The notes under the pieces are model-generated. The model saw nothing but the letters and a program-made list of their open reading frames with translations. It was not told where the DNA came from and searched no databases. A program made the translations under genes and the position numbers. 64,000 bases of DNA from an uncultured Clostridia bacterium (GTDB lineage: Bacteria > Bacillota > Clostridia > TANB77 > CAG-508). This document shows positions 46,135 through 56,185 of this stretch, piece by piece (the first letter of the stretch is position 1; each line of letters begins with the position of its first letter). The stretch is taken from NCBI GenBank assembly GCA_944388045.1, contig CALXHG010000009.1:857-64856 (forward strand), written 5' to 3'.

Positions 46135-47313
46135 TTCATATTTAGGACTACCATAGCCCATTACTTGTTCGTTATCTAAAGAGTACATTCTTTCTGCACA
46201 CTTATCACTTGTATTCCCTTCTATAGTATAAATATTTCTATTCGTTATATCTGTTCTTGTTACTATTCCTACATGATCACTAACTCCGTCTTGATTTCCA
46301 TTTTCATCATACCAGTCAAAAAAGATAATATCTCCTACAATAGGGTAATAAGTATCTCCTCTATCATGCCATTGATTTTTTTCTTTAAACCAGTTTATAC
46401 CATCTCCACAACCAGAGAACTTAGGAATAATGCCTTTATCTATATAATTACATTCATTTGCACACCAACTAACAAAACAAGCACACCATTCTACTCTACT
46501 ATCAAATCCATACCAACTCCAAAATTTATCTCCTCCCTCATTGCCTATTTGAGCTTTTGCCACCATTACTATTTGCATATTAGGCATTTGAGATTCATCA
46601 AATTCAGATTCTTCATCTCCATTAAATAATAGAGCTACAAAACCTGCAATAAGAACAATGACCAATATAATGACTACTGCTACCCAACCTCCTGCTGCTA
46701 TTGCAGCTATGAGTGCTTTTGTTGCAGCTATTATGGCTTTTACTGTTGCAATTACTGCCTTAATTGCTAATTTTGTAGCGTGTATTGTAGCTTGAATTGC
46801 TTTTCTAGTGGCTCTTGCTAATCTTTGAGTCATTTTTACACTTTCTTTGGCAGCTCTTTTTGTATTCTTTACCACTCTTTCAGTAGTTTTTATTCCCTTT
46901 TTAGCAAGTAATTTAGTGTTCTTTGCTGTTTTTATACTTTTTTTAGAAACACCTTTTATAGTCTTTTTAGAATTATCTATTACATTTTTTAATTGTTTCG
47001 TATTTTTGCTTTTTATTCTAGTTTTTAATGTTTCTATTTTTTGCTTGCCTTTTATAAAATTTTGCTTTGTTTCTTGTAAGGATTTTTTTCCTATTTCATT
47101 GCCTTTTTCTAGTCCTTTTCTTGATAAATAACTTATATCATTTTGTACTTTCATACTTGCATAATTTTCAGCCGTATCATTTTGTTCATTTTTTGTAAAT
47201 TCGTTTATTTTTTCTTTTGTTGTTACTATATTATTTTTTAGTTTTTGAAGTTGCACTATATTTTTGTCTAATTGTTTTATAGTTCCTTGAGATTTTTCTT
47301 TTATTTCTGGCAT
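46132..47313 (-). CDS. Conjugative-element peptidoglycan hydrolase (CHAP/NlpC-P60 type) with coiled-coil and TM region
   Basis: C-terminal VEWCACFVSWCANE ... SDHVGIV (Cys/His catalytic pair), central TM helix. Confidence 0.65.
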   Translation of the reverse strand: MPEIKEKSQGTIKQLDKNIVQLQKLKNNIVTTKEKINEFTKNEQNDTAENYASMKVQNDISYLSRKGLEKGNEIGKKSLQETKQNFIKGKQKIETLKTRIKSKNTKQLKNVIDNSKKTIKGVSKKSIKTAKNTKLLAKKGIKTTERVVKNTKRAAKESVKMTQRLARATRKAIQATIHATKLAIKAVIATVKAIIAATKALIAAIAAGGWVAVVIILVIVLIAGFVALLFNGDEESEFDESQMPNMQIVMVAKAQIGNEGGDKFWSWYGFDSRVEWCACFVSWCANECNYIDKGIIPKFSGCGDGINWFKEKNQWHDRGDTYYPIVGDIIFFDWYDENGNQDGVSDHVGIVTRTDITNRNIYTIEGNTSDKCAERMYSLDNEQVMGYGSPKYE

Positions 47314-47330
47314 TTTACCACCTCCAGATT

Positions 47331-48101
47331 TTATATTTTCTTAGCTACAACCACCATTCTTCCGTTCTTTTGTGAGTATTCACAAGTAGATAATGTGATT
47401 AATTTATCTCCATATTTTATATCTGTTCCAGTATCATAAAACTGTAAGGCTTTAGCATTATTTATAAATTCATCAAATTCTTGTTTATCTGTAAAATTTG
47501 TATAATTATAATATTTAAAGCCATTATCTGTATAAACTACTGTTTTAAAAGCTATAACAACTTCATAAGTGTTCTTAATTGTTTTTTCATTATAAAAAGT
47601 ATAGAAATCTATATATTTGTGATTTTCATAAAACTTTTTCTTTTTATAATTTTCTAGTTGTGCAAACATACTATTGTCGTTCATGTGATGACCATAAATT
47701 ATTAGATTATCACTATATTGAACATTGCAATATTCTGCTAAATATGGTGTTCCATAACTTGAATATTGTTTATAGATATTCCTGTGAAGATAATAATCTC
47801 CATTTTGCATAATAGGGTAATCTATCTTTGTTCCATCTATTTTGAGCCAACCAATTACATCAGAGTTTATTTTTGCAATGTTTTCTAAATTGTAATTATT
47901 TCTGGAGTCTTTTTTATTGCTTTCTTTTTCTTTTACAATAATGTTAGTATTTTCATCATTTTGTTCTACAACTATTTCCTGTAAATCTTCATATATATCT
48001 GTTTCTTTCTTATTTTCTACAAATTCTTTAATAATAAAATAGCTACTAATAGCAATGATAACTATTAGTAGCATTAAAATAATTTTATATTTATTATTCA
48101 T
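47331..48101 (-). CDS. srtB: Class B sortase
   Basis: N-terminal anchor, GWLKIDGTKIDYPIMQ, YGHHM, catalytic TLSTC, conserved Arg in GRMVVVA. Confidence 0.7.
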   Translation of the reverse strand: MNNKYKIILMLLIVIIAISSYFIIKEFVENKKETDIYEDLQEIVVEQNDENTNIIVKEKESNKKDSRNNYNLENIAKINSDVIGWLKIDGTKIDYPIMQNGDYYLHRNIYKQYSSYGTPYLAEYCNVQYSDNLIIYGHHMNDNSMFAQLENYKKKKFYENHKYIDFYTFYNEKTIKNTYEVVIAFKTVVYTDNGFKYYNYTNFTDKQEFDEFINNAKALQFYDTGTDIKYGDKLITLSTCEYSQKNGRMVVVAKKI

Positions 48102-50436
48102 TTAGTCCCTCTCCTGGTCTTGTTGTCATTAACTTATATAATTCTGTATTCTTTGGAAATCTATTAGAAAATGGAACTAATGCAGATCCTACTTTTATTA
48201 GACCTTCTCCTGCTCCTACATTTGTTATATAACTCATTTGTAAATCTGATATATTAAGTAATTTTGCAAGTTCTACTCTATCCGTACTTGCTTGATTAAG
48301 CATTATAATAAATTCAGAGTTTGCAAGCATTGTTCTAGCAGTATGACTTTGCAATAAATCTTCCACATTTTGAGTTATACCAGTTGCAAATGCTCCATAT
48401 TTTCTGACTCTTTTCCAAAGTGTAAATAAGAAATTTGCAGAATATTCATATTGAAATAGTAAGTATATTTCATCTATAAAAATATATGTATTTTTTCCTT
48501 TTGTTCTATTAGCTGTAATTCTATTCAAAATTGAATCAAGCACAACTAACATTCCTAAAGGTAGTAGTTGTTTACCTAAGTCCAAAATATCATAACTAAT
48601 TAAGCTACTTGAAGTATTTACATTGGTATTCATTGCAAAAGTATTTAATGAGCCATTCGTAAATAATTCAATAGCAAGTGCTATTTCTTTTGCTTCTTCT
48701 TCTGGTTGATTTAATAATTGCTCTCTAAAATCTTGCAATGTAGGTGGTATGCCTTGATAATTACCTTGTTGAAATACCCTATAAACATTTGCTGTGCATC
48801 TATCAATAATAGACTTTTGTTTCGGTCCGAGATTTCCACTACCTATTAACTGCTCACACAGAGACAGGATGAATTCAGATTTTAAGATGACAGGATTTGC
48901 TCCATCCCCATATTCTGAGTTCATGTCCATCGCATTTATATGATTATTACTTGTAGCAGATATTTTAATTACTTCTCCATTAAGAGAATTGACTAATGGT
49001 GCATATTCTCGTTCTGGATCTATTATTATAATGTCTGCGTTTGGATCTCTTAATCTAATAGATAAAATTTCTTGTTTTGCAGTAAAACTTTTTCCACTTC
49101 CACTAACTCCAAGAATAAAAGAATTTCCATTTAGTAACTGTCTTCTATCTGCAATAATCATATTTTTGCTAATAGCATTTTGACCATAAAAAATGCCATT
49201 TGTATGGCGTATTTCTTGTACTTTAAATGGCATAAATACTGCTAGACTTTCTGTTGTTAAAGTCCTTAAAGCATCTATTTTTCTTACTCCAAAAGGTAAT
49301 ACTGTTTGAAGTCCGTCTAATTGTTGATATTTTAGAACTCCTAATTGGCATAAATTTTTACTAGCAATTTGTTTGATAGCCTCTGTATCACTTTCTAATT
49401 TCTCTTTGGTATCATCAGTAATTATAGCTGTTATAACTACTAAAAACATTCTTTGATCTCGCAAAGTTAAGTCATCTAAAAATTCTTTAGAGTCGTTTCG
49501 TTGTTGTTCCATATCATAAGGTATTATGCTACTCCAATTATTATTGGCATTTTGTTTTCTCTGCCAATTAGTAATATTTGTTTCTACTCCTAGCCTTCTA
49601 TTTTCTGCCTCTTTAACTGCCTCATCAGTAGGAATTGGAATTATATCTACTGATAACATCATGTTTCTATTTAAGTCTGTTAGTTCAGAAACCATACTGT
49701 CATTTATGTAGCTTGCATATTCCTTTAAGAAAAAGGCTCTACCATACCTATTTCCGATCATAAAATAATCTTTTTCAAATTCAGCAGTATCTGGACAAAT
49801 AAAATCTTTGAAATCATGACCTTTTTTCATTGTTTCGTGTATGTCAAAATGAAAAGATGTTTCTTCTCCTGTTCTATAAAAGTCATGTGCTATTCTTAGT
49901 CTTTCTTTTGCATTTAATTCTATACATTTTGAGCCTAAAGTATTAAAACGATTCATTAGCTCTGTACTTGCTCTTGTAAAGTAATTTCTAGCTTCCTCTA
50001 CACTATCTTTATATACAGATATGGTAATTATTTTTTCTTGTACTATCTCATTTGCATTTTTTGCCTGGTCTATTAACATTTGATTATATTCGTGTCTATA
50101 CTTATCTAATTCATCATTAGCATCTTTTAATAGTATTGTTTTTTCAAAATCTAACTTATTTATTCTTCTATTATTTATAGTTATTTTAGTTGTTGCTCCA
50201 GTATCTAAAGAATTAAGCAGAGAAGAATAGTCTAAAAACATTGCCTCTTTATCTTCTCTGCTTGCAACTGCATAATTTATATCTAAAAATTTATATGATT
50301 TTGAATACTTATTTTTTCCTACTAAAAAAATACCATCTTCCCATATAGCTTTTACAGGAATTATATCTTGCACACATTTTGGTATTTTAAATTTTTCTTT
50401 ATCTAACTTAAATATTCTTTTTAGTGTCTTCAGCAT
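48094..50436 (-). CDS. VirB4-family conjugative transfer ATPase
   Basis: 780 aa, Walker A GVSGSGKSF, Walker B IFIDEIY. Confidence 0.85.
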   Translation of the reverse strand: MLKTLKRIFKLDKEKFKIPKCVQDIIPVKAIWEDGIFLVGKNKYSKSYKFLDINYAVASREDKEAMFLDYSSLLNSLDTGATTKITINNRRINKLDFEKTILLKDANDELDKYRHEYNQMLIDQAKNANEIVQEKIITISVYKDSVEEARNYFTRASTELMNRFNTLGSKCIELNAKERLRIAHDFYRTGEETSFHFDIHETMKKGHDFKDFICPDTAEFEKDYFMIGNRYGRAFFLKEYASYINDSMVSELTDLNRNMMLSVDIIPIPTDEAVKEAENRRLGVETNITNWQRKQNANNNWSSIIPYDMEQQRNDSKEFLDDLTLRDQRMFLVVITAIITDDTKEKLESDTEAIKQIASKNLCQLGVLKYQQLDGLQTVLPFGVRKIDALRTLTTESLAVFMPFKVQEIRHTNGIFYGQNAISKNMIIADRRQLLNGNSFILGVSGSGKSFTAKQEILSIRLRDPNADIIIIDPEREYAPLVNSLNGEVIKISATSNNHINAMDMNSEYGDGANPVILKSEFILSLCEQLIGSGNLGPKQKSIIDRCTANVYRVFQQGNYQGIPPTLQDFREQLLNQPEEEAKEIALAIELFTNGSLNTFAMNTNVNTSSSLISYDILDLGKQLLPLGMLVVLDSILNRITANRTKGKNTYIFIDEIYLLFQYEYSANFLFTLWKRVRKYGAFATGITQNVEDLLQSHTARTMLANSEFIIMLNQASTDRVELAKLLNISDLQMSYITNVGAGEGLIKVGSALVPFSNRFPKNTELYKLMTTRPGEGLNE

Positions 50437-50860
50437 TGTTATCTACCTCCTTCTTTAACTTTTTAGGCTTTTTATTTTTCTTTTCTTTATTCTTATGTTG
50501 TGGCTTTACTAATCCATTTTTTAAGTTTCTTTCTATTGTTGGTTTTAAAACTTCTGCATAAATATTTTTAGATTTAAAAGTTAATCTTTTGGGTGTAATA
50601 AATTCGGATTTAATGAATGCTATAATAAATTTTTCAGCAGTCATTCCGTTGTATCTAACAAAACCCAAAACAGCAAAAGGTACTGCTCCTAAAATACACA
50701 CCCAAGATAATGTTTCTATTCCTAAAAAAGGTTTTAATGTAAAGTATAGAATTACTGCTACTGCACAAGCCAATAAAGAAAAAATGAACTGACGCATAGT
50801 CAGTCCAAAAAATATACTTTCACTAAATTCTCTAATGTCTTTATTTATTTTTACCTCCAT
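50408..50860 (-). CDS. PrgI family conjugation membrane protein
   Basis: KDIREFSESIFFGLTMRQFIFSLLACAVAVILYF is the typical PrgI N-terminus. Confidence 0.6.
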   Translation of the reverse strand: MEVKINKDIREFSESIFFGLTMRQFIFSLLACAVAVILYFTLKPFLGIETLSWVCILGAVPFAVLGFVRYNGMTAEKFIIAFIKSEFITPKRLTFKSKNIYAEVLKPTIERNLKNGLVKPQHKNKEKKNKKPKKLKKEVDNNAEDTKKNI

Positions 50861-51175
50861 TTACCTTGCCTCCCTCTTTTTTGATTTTTCTTGTTTTGTC
50901 TTAACTTTGTTTTTTTCATACCATTTTTCAAATTTCTCCCATTCTTTTTCATTCATAACGACATCTTCAATAAAAATGGGCTTACATTTTTTATGTAGGT
51001 CGAGCATTTTATCTTCCCACTCTTTAACATTTTCAATACTTCTAATATCTTTAATACCTTGATGCCACTCTTGTACTTTTCCAAAAGTCCTTATATATTC
51101 GTCTAATGCTTCATATTTTTTATTTCCTAATTGCATTCTTAACTTCTCATAATCTTGTGATATACTCATTTTCAT
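50861..51175 (-). CDS. Hypothetical protein (conjugation operon)
   Basis: 104-aa ORF. Confidence 0.45.
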   Translation of the reverse strand: MKMSISQDYEKLRMQLGNKKYEALDEYIRTFGKVQEWHQGIKDIRSIENVKEWEDKMLDLHKKCKPIFIEDVVMNEKEWEKFEKWYEKNKVKTKQEKSKKREAR

Positions 51176-51180
51176 ACCTC

Positions 51181-51456
51181 CTATCTTTCTCTTTGTATTT
51201 TATTTTTGATTTTTTCTATTACTCCAAATTGTGGATAAGATCTATAACCTCTGCTAAAATAATGTTTAAAGTAATCTTTTCCGTTTTCGGAATACATATA
51301 CATCCAGTCATCTGGATTTTTCATTCCTTTTTTTATTGCATTATTAAACGCATCTTCTGGATTTTCTCTTATTTTTATACCTTCAAATATACTTCCTTTT
51401 GGGTGAACTAAATATTTAATTCCATTTTCCTCTATATGTATAAAATCCTTACTCAT
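51181..51456 (-). CDS. Hypothetical protein (conjugation operon)
   Basis: 91-aa ORF. Confidence 0.45.
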   Translation of the reverse strand: MSKDFIHIEENGIKYLVHPKGSIFEGIKIRENPEDAFNNAIKKGMKNPDDWMYMYSENGKDYFKHYFSRGYRSYPQFGVIEKIKNKIQRER

Positions 51457-51473
51457 ATATTTTTTACTCCTTT

Positions 51474-52301
51474 CTATATTCCCATCATTTCTCTTACAAT
51501 TCTATCTGACAGCCTAATAGTACCTACTAAAACCAACATATTGAATATAAGTTCTCCTACATATCTCCATACCATATTTACTGGCTCTGCTCCTGTTGCT
51601 ACTACTGGTGGCGATGTTGCAAATGCAGAAAAAATAATACAAGCAAGTACAATTATTGCACCCTCAAGACATACTGCTATATAACTTTTTAAAAAGCTTT
51701 TCCCTATATTTTGCGTTGTTTCTCCTGCGAATGACGCCAACGGTACAGGTGCTATTGCTGTATACATATATAGTTTAAAAAATCTTCCATAAACAGTAAG
51801 AATCAATATGAAAGATAATACTGTAACGAACAGTCCTCCCAAAATTGTTACTGCCCATAGAGGAATGCTCTCAAAAAATCCACAGTTATTTACTGCGTCT
51901 ATAATTTCTTGTGGTAAAGTCATACTACTTGCTTGAAATGAGGTTTTTGACATTATTGTTGTAACTATTCCTTGTATAATTCTAAAAACAGCTAACATTA
52001 AATCTAGTCCATAAGTTACTATTCCTTTTGCAATGGCAAATCTTAAAAAAAGTTTTAAAGCTTGTTCTGGTCTTTTAAGTTCAGAAAAATTAGTACAGGT
52101 TCTAACTACTCCAACTACAAAAAATAAAACAAGCAATGCTAATCCTATTGCTTGTAATGCTCCATTTATATTAACTATTATTTCCCATATAGTTCCACCT
52201 TTAAAACTTGAAGGACTTTGTGTAACTAAAGTATATATTTCAGATAGTTTTCCATTCCATGTGTCTAATGCATTTTGTAAATTTCCTACAATCCAATTCA
52301 A
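51474..52301 (-). CDS. VirB6-like polytopic conjugal transfer membrane protein
   Basis: 275 aa, 5-6 TM helices; position between the methylase and PrgI/VirB4. Confidence 0.5.
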   Translation of the reverse strand: MNWIVGNLQNALDTWNGKLSEIYTLVTQSPSSFKGGTIWEIIVNINGALQAIGLALLVLFFVVGVVRTCTNFSELKRPEQALKLFLRFAIAKGIVTYGLDLMLAVFRIIQGIVTTIMSKTSFQASSMTLPQEIIDAVNNCGFFESIPLWAVTILGGLFVTVLSFILILTVYGRFFKLYMYTAIAPVPLASFAGETTQNIGKSFLKSYIAVCLEGAIIVLACIIFSAFATSPPVVATGAEPVNMVWRYVGELIFNMLVLVGTIRLSDRIVREMMGI

Positions 52302-52303
52302 TC

Positions 52304-52879
52304 TTAAGCACCTCCAATCTTGTAATCTTCTATACTAATATCACTTTCTACTTCATCTCCCCATACATCCCAACCTGGCACTTTTTCTCGTGCAAAAAGT
52401 TCAATTCTTGATAAATCTCCAACTAATTCTATAATTTTATCTCTTACTATGGCTGGCTTACGGCTATGTTGTTCTATTGGAGTATCAATTATTTGATGTA
52501 CTTTCTTACTAATTCTTTTAACTTTTCCTTTTGTAGCAATCAAACATAATTCCGAATTAGCTCTTGTCCAATATCCCATGCCCCAAAACCATGAATTACT
52601 TTTTTTATTTTTCTTTACCCAAGTAAATCCACAAGTTTTATATTGAAATCCCCATTGTTCAATAACCTTCAATCCTTCTTTTAAACAAGGATAAGTAACC
52701 CATATAAATAAAATACAATTCTCGTCAGAAATTTCATTTATAAATCCTTTTAAGTTGATAATATCTTCTATATTCATAGTTCTATAATGACTTTCTGCAC
52801 TTCTACTGTTACTTTTTCTTGACCATACTTTATATTGCCAGGGAGGATCAGCATATATTATTTGATATTTTTTCTCCAA
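52304..52879 (-). CDS. MT-A70 family N6-adenine DNA methyltransferase (orphan)
   Basis: IIYADPPWQY (DPPW catalytic motif); 191 aa; no adjacent nuclease. Confidence 0.8.
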   Translation of the reverse strand: MEKKYQIIYADPPWQYKVWSRKSNSRSAESHYRTMNIEDIINLKGFINEISDENCILFIWVTYPCLKEGLKVIEQWGFQYKTCGFTWVKKNKKSNSWFWGMGYWTRANSELCLIATKGKVKRISKKVHQIIDTPIEQHSRKPAIVRDKIIELVGDLSRIELFAREKVPGWDVWGDEVESDISIEDYKIGGA

Positions 52880-52931
52880 CTTAATCTCCTCCTTAAATAA
52901 ATTTTAGGCAGATATTATATCTGCCTATGTT

Positions 52932-53279
52932 TTAACCACCTGTTATTAAACTTAAAATCTCTTTAGAGAATGTAATTACTATACCTCCTGCTAAAGTCAT
53001 TATTCCGTTTGCTCTTTGTGTAGGATCATGTGATTTCAAACTCATACCAACTTGTACTACTCCAAAACCTAAAATAATCATACCAACGGCTCTAATTAAG
53101 CCAAAAATGAAGTCTGACAAATTATTTATTACTGTAAGAGGATCGTCATTTGCCGCAAAAACATTTAATTGTTGTGCTACATTTAATGCAACTACATAAC
53201 CTATAATTATTGCACCTCTTTTACAAAATTTCTTTAATATTTTCTTTCCTTTTTCTTTTCTTTCTATCTTATTATTCAT
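52932..53279 (-). CDS. Maff2 family small membrane protein
   Basis: 115 aa, pattern ...DPLTVINNLSDFIFGLIRAVGMIILGFGVVQ...; conserved position upstream of the T4CP. Confidence 0.55.
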   Translation of the reverse strand: MNNKIERKEKGKKILKKFCKRGAIIIGYVVALNVAQQLNVFAANDDPLTVINNLSDFIFGLIRAVGMIILGFGVVQVGMSLKSHDPTQRANGIMTLAGGIVITFSKEILSLITGG

Positions 53280-53365
53280 TGAATTTACCTCGCTTTCTGT
53301 TTACATAATATTTATTTTTAGGCATAAAAAAGCCCAGAGTATATTTTAAAGTTTTATACTCTGGG

Positions 53366-55195
53366 TTAATTGATAACTTTATTATCAATATCTTCTTTAT
53401 ACATATTCTCTATTTCTTCATTCGATAGTATTTCCACATCTATTTCATCAATTTGTAAATTATTTAATTCTTCAGTATTAAAAGATATATCTTCTATATC
53501 GAATGTAATTGTTCCTATTGCGTTTTCTGTTCCACCATGTATATATGGATTCACACTTTTATTTCCAATAGGCGTATAAGAACTATTAAAATGTTCCTTT
53601 AAATTAAATTTAAAATCTTTTATTGGTCTTTCTCCTCTTATAAATAACAAAGCATAATTATTATCAAGTAATCTTACTTCATCTGGAGTCAGCAATTCCC
53701 TACCTGCGATTTGGTCATTTTCTGAAAAATTAGCATGTGAGCCAAAACTTCTACCATAAGAATTTGTATCTATTGTTTCTTTTCCTAATAGTTCACTAAT
53801 ATATTTGTGTGTTGATTGTTCATTACCACCTAGATATAAAAACTCATCACAATTTCCTACTATTGACTCCCATTGCTTTTCAAAAAGTGCCTTTAATTGT
53901 GCTAGATTTTGCAATATTATTGAAACAGAAACTTCTCTTGATCTCATTACTGATAATATTTTATCAAAATCATCTGGTAAACTAACATTAGCAAATTCAT
54001 CCATTACAAAATGCACATGTGTAGGTAAACTTCCTCCATATTTATAATCTGCAATATAGAATAATTGTTGGAACAGTTGTGTATATAAGATGCTAATCAG
54101 GAAGTTAAATGATGTGTCATTGTCTGGTATTATTGCAAATAGTGCTGTTTTCTTTTCTCCTAATGATGGTAAGTCTAATTCATCTGTCTGTGTTAGTTGT
54201 GCCATACTCTCTAAATTAAATTTCTCTAATCTTGAAGCTAATGTTACTTGTATGGATTTTAATGTCTTAGCTGATCCACTATGGTAACTTCTATAATATT
54301 TTAGTGCTATATGTTCTGGATTCTTTGTTTCTAATCTATTAAAAAGCATATCTAACGGACTAACATAATCGTCATCATCTTCTTTTACATCTCCTGCTCG
54401 TAGTAATTCCATAACCATAGTAAAATTTTGTTCTTCTGGTGGAGCTTCATATTTAAGATAAAATATCAAGGCTAATAATAACATTGATGCTGCCGTATCC
54501 CAAAATGGATCATTTGTTGTACTACCTTTAGGTGTGGTTGATTTAAACAAGTTAGTTGATAATTTTTGGACATCATTATCACTTTTTAAATATACAAATG
54601 GATTATAACAATGTGATTTTTCCATATTTATTAAATCAAGAACTTTAATCTCATACCCATTTTTCTCTAATAAATAGCCCGTATCACGAAGTATCTCTCC
54701 TTTAGGATCTAACACGACATAGGAAGTCGCACATTGCATTACATTTGGCTTACAATAACTAAATGTTTTACCTGCTCCAGATCCACCTATTACTAATACA
54801 TTTACATTTCTTCTGTGTTTTTTTCCATTTAATCCAATAGAAACATTTTTTGTTAATATTTTGTTATAATTATTTGGTTGCTTATATTTTTTATTTAATT
54901 CTTTAGCATCGCCCCATTTTGCTGATCCATTTTCTTCTCTCCTTCTATAATTTTTTCTTGTAGCTTCATATACTAAAATTGCTAATATATAAATAAGCAA
55001 AAAAATAAGAACAGTTTTTATACTATTCTCTGTAAATGATATATTAAAAGGTCTAGTAAAAATGTCACTACTATTTTTAAGAATTCCTATTATTCCACCA
55101 TTTATATAAGGTGCTACAAGGAGAGCTGTCCATATAATTGGTACTATACCTATTATATAAAACACTTTTGCAATTTTCTTATCATCTTGCCTCAA
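53366..55195 (-). CDS. Type IV coupling protein (VirD4/TraG family)
   Basis: N-terminal TM helices, Walker A GGSGAGKT, Walker B HFVMDEF; 609 aa. Confidence 0.85.
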   Translation of the reverse strand: MRQDDKKIAKVFYIIGIVPIIWTALLVAPYINGGIIGILKNSSDIFTRPFNISFTENSIKTVLIFLLIYILAILVYEATRKNYRRREENGSAKWGDAKELNKKYKQPNNYNKILTKNVSIGLNGKKHRRNVNVLVIGGSGAGKTFSYCKPNVMQCATSYVVLDPKGEILRDTGYLLEKNGYEIKVLDLINMEKSHCYNPFVYLKSDNDVQKLSTNLFKSTTPKGSTTNDPFWDTAASMLLLALIFYLKYEAPPEEQNFTMVMELLRAGDVKEDDDDYVSPLDMLFNRLETKNPEHIALKYYRSYHSGSAKTLKSIQVTLASRLEKFNLESMAQLTQTDELDLPSLGEKKTALFAIIPDNDTSFNFLISILYTQLFQQLFYIADYKYGGSLPTHVHFVMDEFANVSLPDDFDKILSVMRSREVSVSIILQNLAQLKALFEKQWESIVGNCDEFLYLGGNEQSTHKYISELLGKETIDTNSYGRSFGSHANFSENDQIAGRELLTPDEVRLLDNNYALLFIRGERPIKDFKFNLKEHFNSSYTPIGNKSVNPYIHGGTENAIGTITFDIEDISFNTEELNNLQIDEIDVEILSNEEIENMYKEDIDNKVIN

Positions 55196-55400
55196 CTGTA
55201 AATTTTCCTCTTGTATTTTTGTTCAATGATAAAAATTTCTTATTTTTAGGGGCATTTAATAAGTTTATAATCAATTTATCAATTATTTCTGTATCAATAT
55301 TTTGCTCTAATTTATTATTTCTAAATTCATTTAAAGCATTTAGCATTAATTTATAATCATACTTATCTAAAGTAATTGTTCTAGTTTCTTCCATTAGCAC
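55182..55400 (-). CDS. Hypothetical protein
   Basis: 72-aa ORF overlapping the T4CP start. Confidence 0.4.
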   Translation of the reverse strand: MLMEETRTITLDKYDYKLMLNALNEFRNNKLEQNIDTEIIDKLIINLLNAPKNKKFLSLNKNTRGKFTVEAR

Positions 55401-55405
55401 TCCTC

Positions 55406-56179
55406 CTATCTCTTAGATTTTATTTTTGTTTTACTTTTCTTTTGTTTATTGATTTTAGTTTTAGTATTTGTCTTTTCTTTGTTCTTTTGATTATCTAATT
55501 TTTCTGCCTCTACTTTTAATTCTGCAAGTTCTTTCTTTACAGAAGGTTTTGTTGCTTCTTTAGAAACCCCTTCTTGCATCTTTGAAGTCATTAAGGAAGG
55601 CTTTGACAGAGGGCTTTTTTCTGTCTTTGCCACATTGAAATTTTCATTTGTATTTTGTTCTTTTTGTAATGGCTTGTCAGATAATACTTCTTCTAATTGT
55701 TGTTCTTTAGATTTTTCTGGTATTCCTAACTCTTGCCTTTTTTCATCCCTACTCTCAATAGCTTTCATTGCTTCTGTTTCCATTTTTCCCATGTCTACAG
55801 TTGTTAGTTTAAATTTTTCTACTATTCTGTTTATTCTTGAAGCATCTTCATCTTTTACTATAACATCTATCATAGCATTTTCTTCTTTACTATTTTTATC
55901 TCTTAATGCACAATATGTAATTCCATAGGTTTTAGCTTCTTTTGAAAATACTTTTAAATCTTCTTTACTTATAGAAAATATTTTTAAAGGTTTTCCTGTT
56001 CGTAACATTTTAACTAATTTCATTTTTCCTCTAGTTTGATTTTGGCTTTTATCTTTTTGCATTGCATATAACATAGCTAAAAGATTTTTAGCACCACTTC
56101 CTATTAATTTTACAGTTACTTCAAATCCCTCTAATCCTAATCTTACAGCTTGTTCTGATGCATCTCCATTTACACTCAT
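55406..56179 (-). CDS. PcfB/DUF3801 family protein
   Basis: N-terminal EQAVRLGLEGFEVTVKLIGSGAKNLLAMLYA...LKIFSISKEDLKVFSKEAKTYGITYC pattern; Lys-rich tail. Confidence 0.55.
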   Translation of the reverse strand: MSVNGDASEQAVRLGLEGFEVTVKLIGSGAKNLLAMLYAMQKDKSQNQTRGKMKLVKMLRTGKPLKIFSISKEDLKVFSKEAKTYGITYCALRDKNSKEENAMIDVIVKDEDASRINRIVEKFKLTTVDMGKMETEAMKAIESRDEKRQELGIPEKSKEQQLEEVLSDKPLQKEQNTNENFNVAKTEKSPLSKPSLMTSKMQEGVSKEATKPSVKKELAELKVEAEKLDNQKNKEKTNTKTKINKQKKSKTKIKSKR

Positions 56180-56185
56180 ATATTT

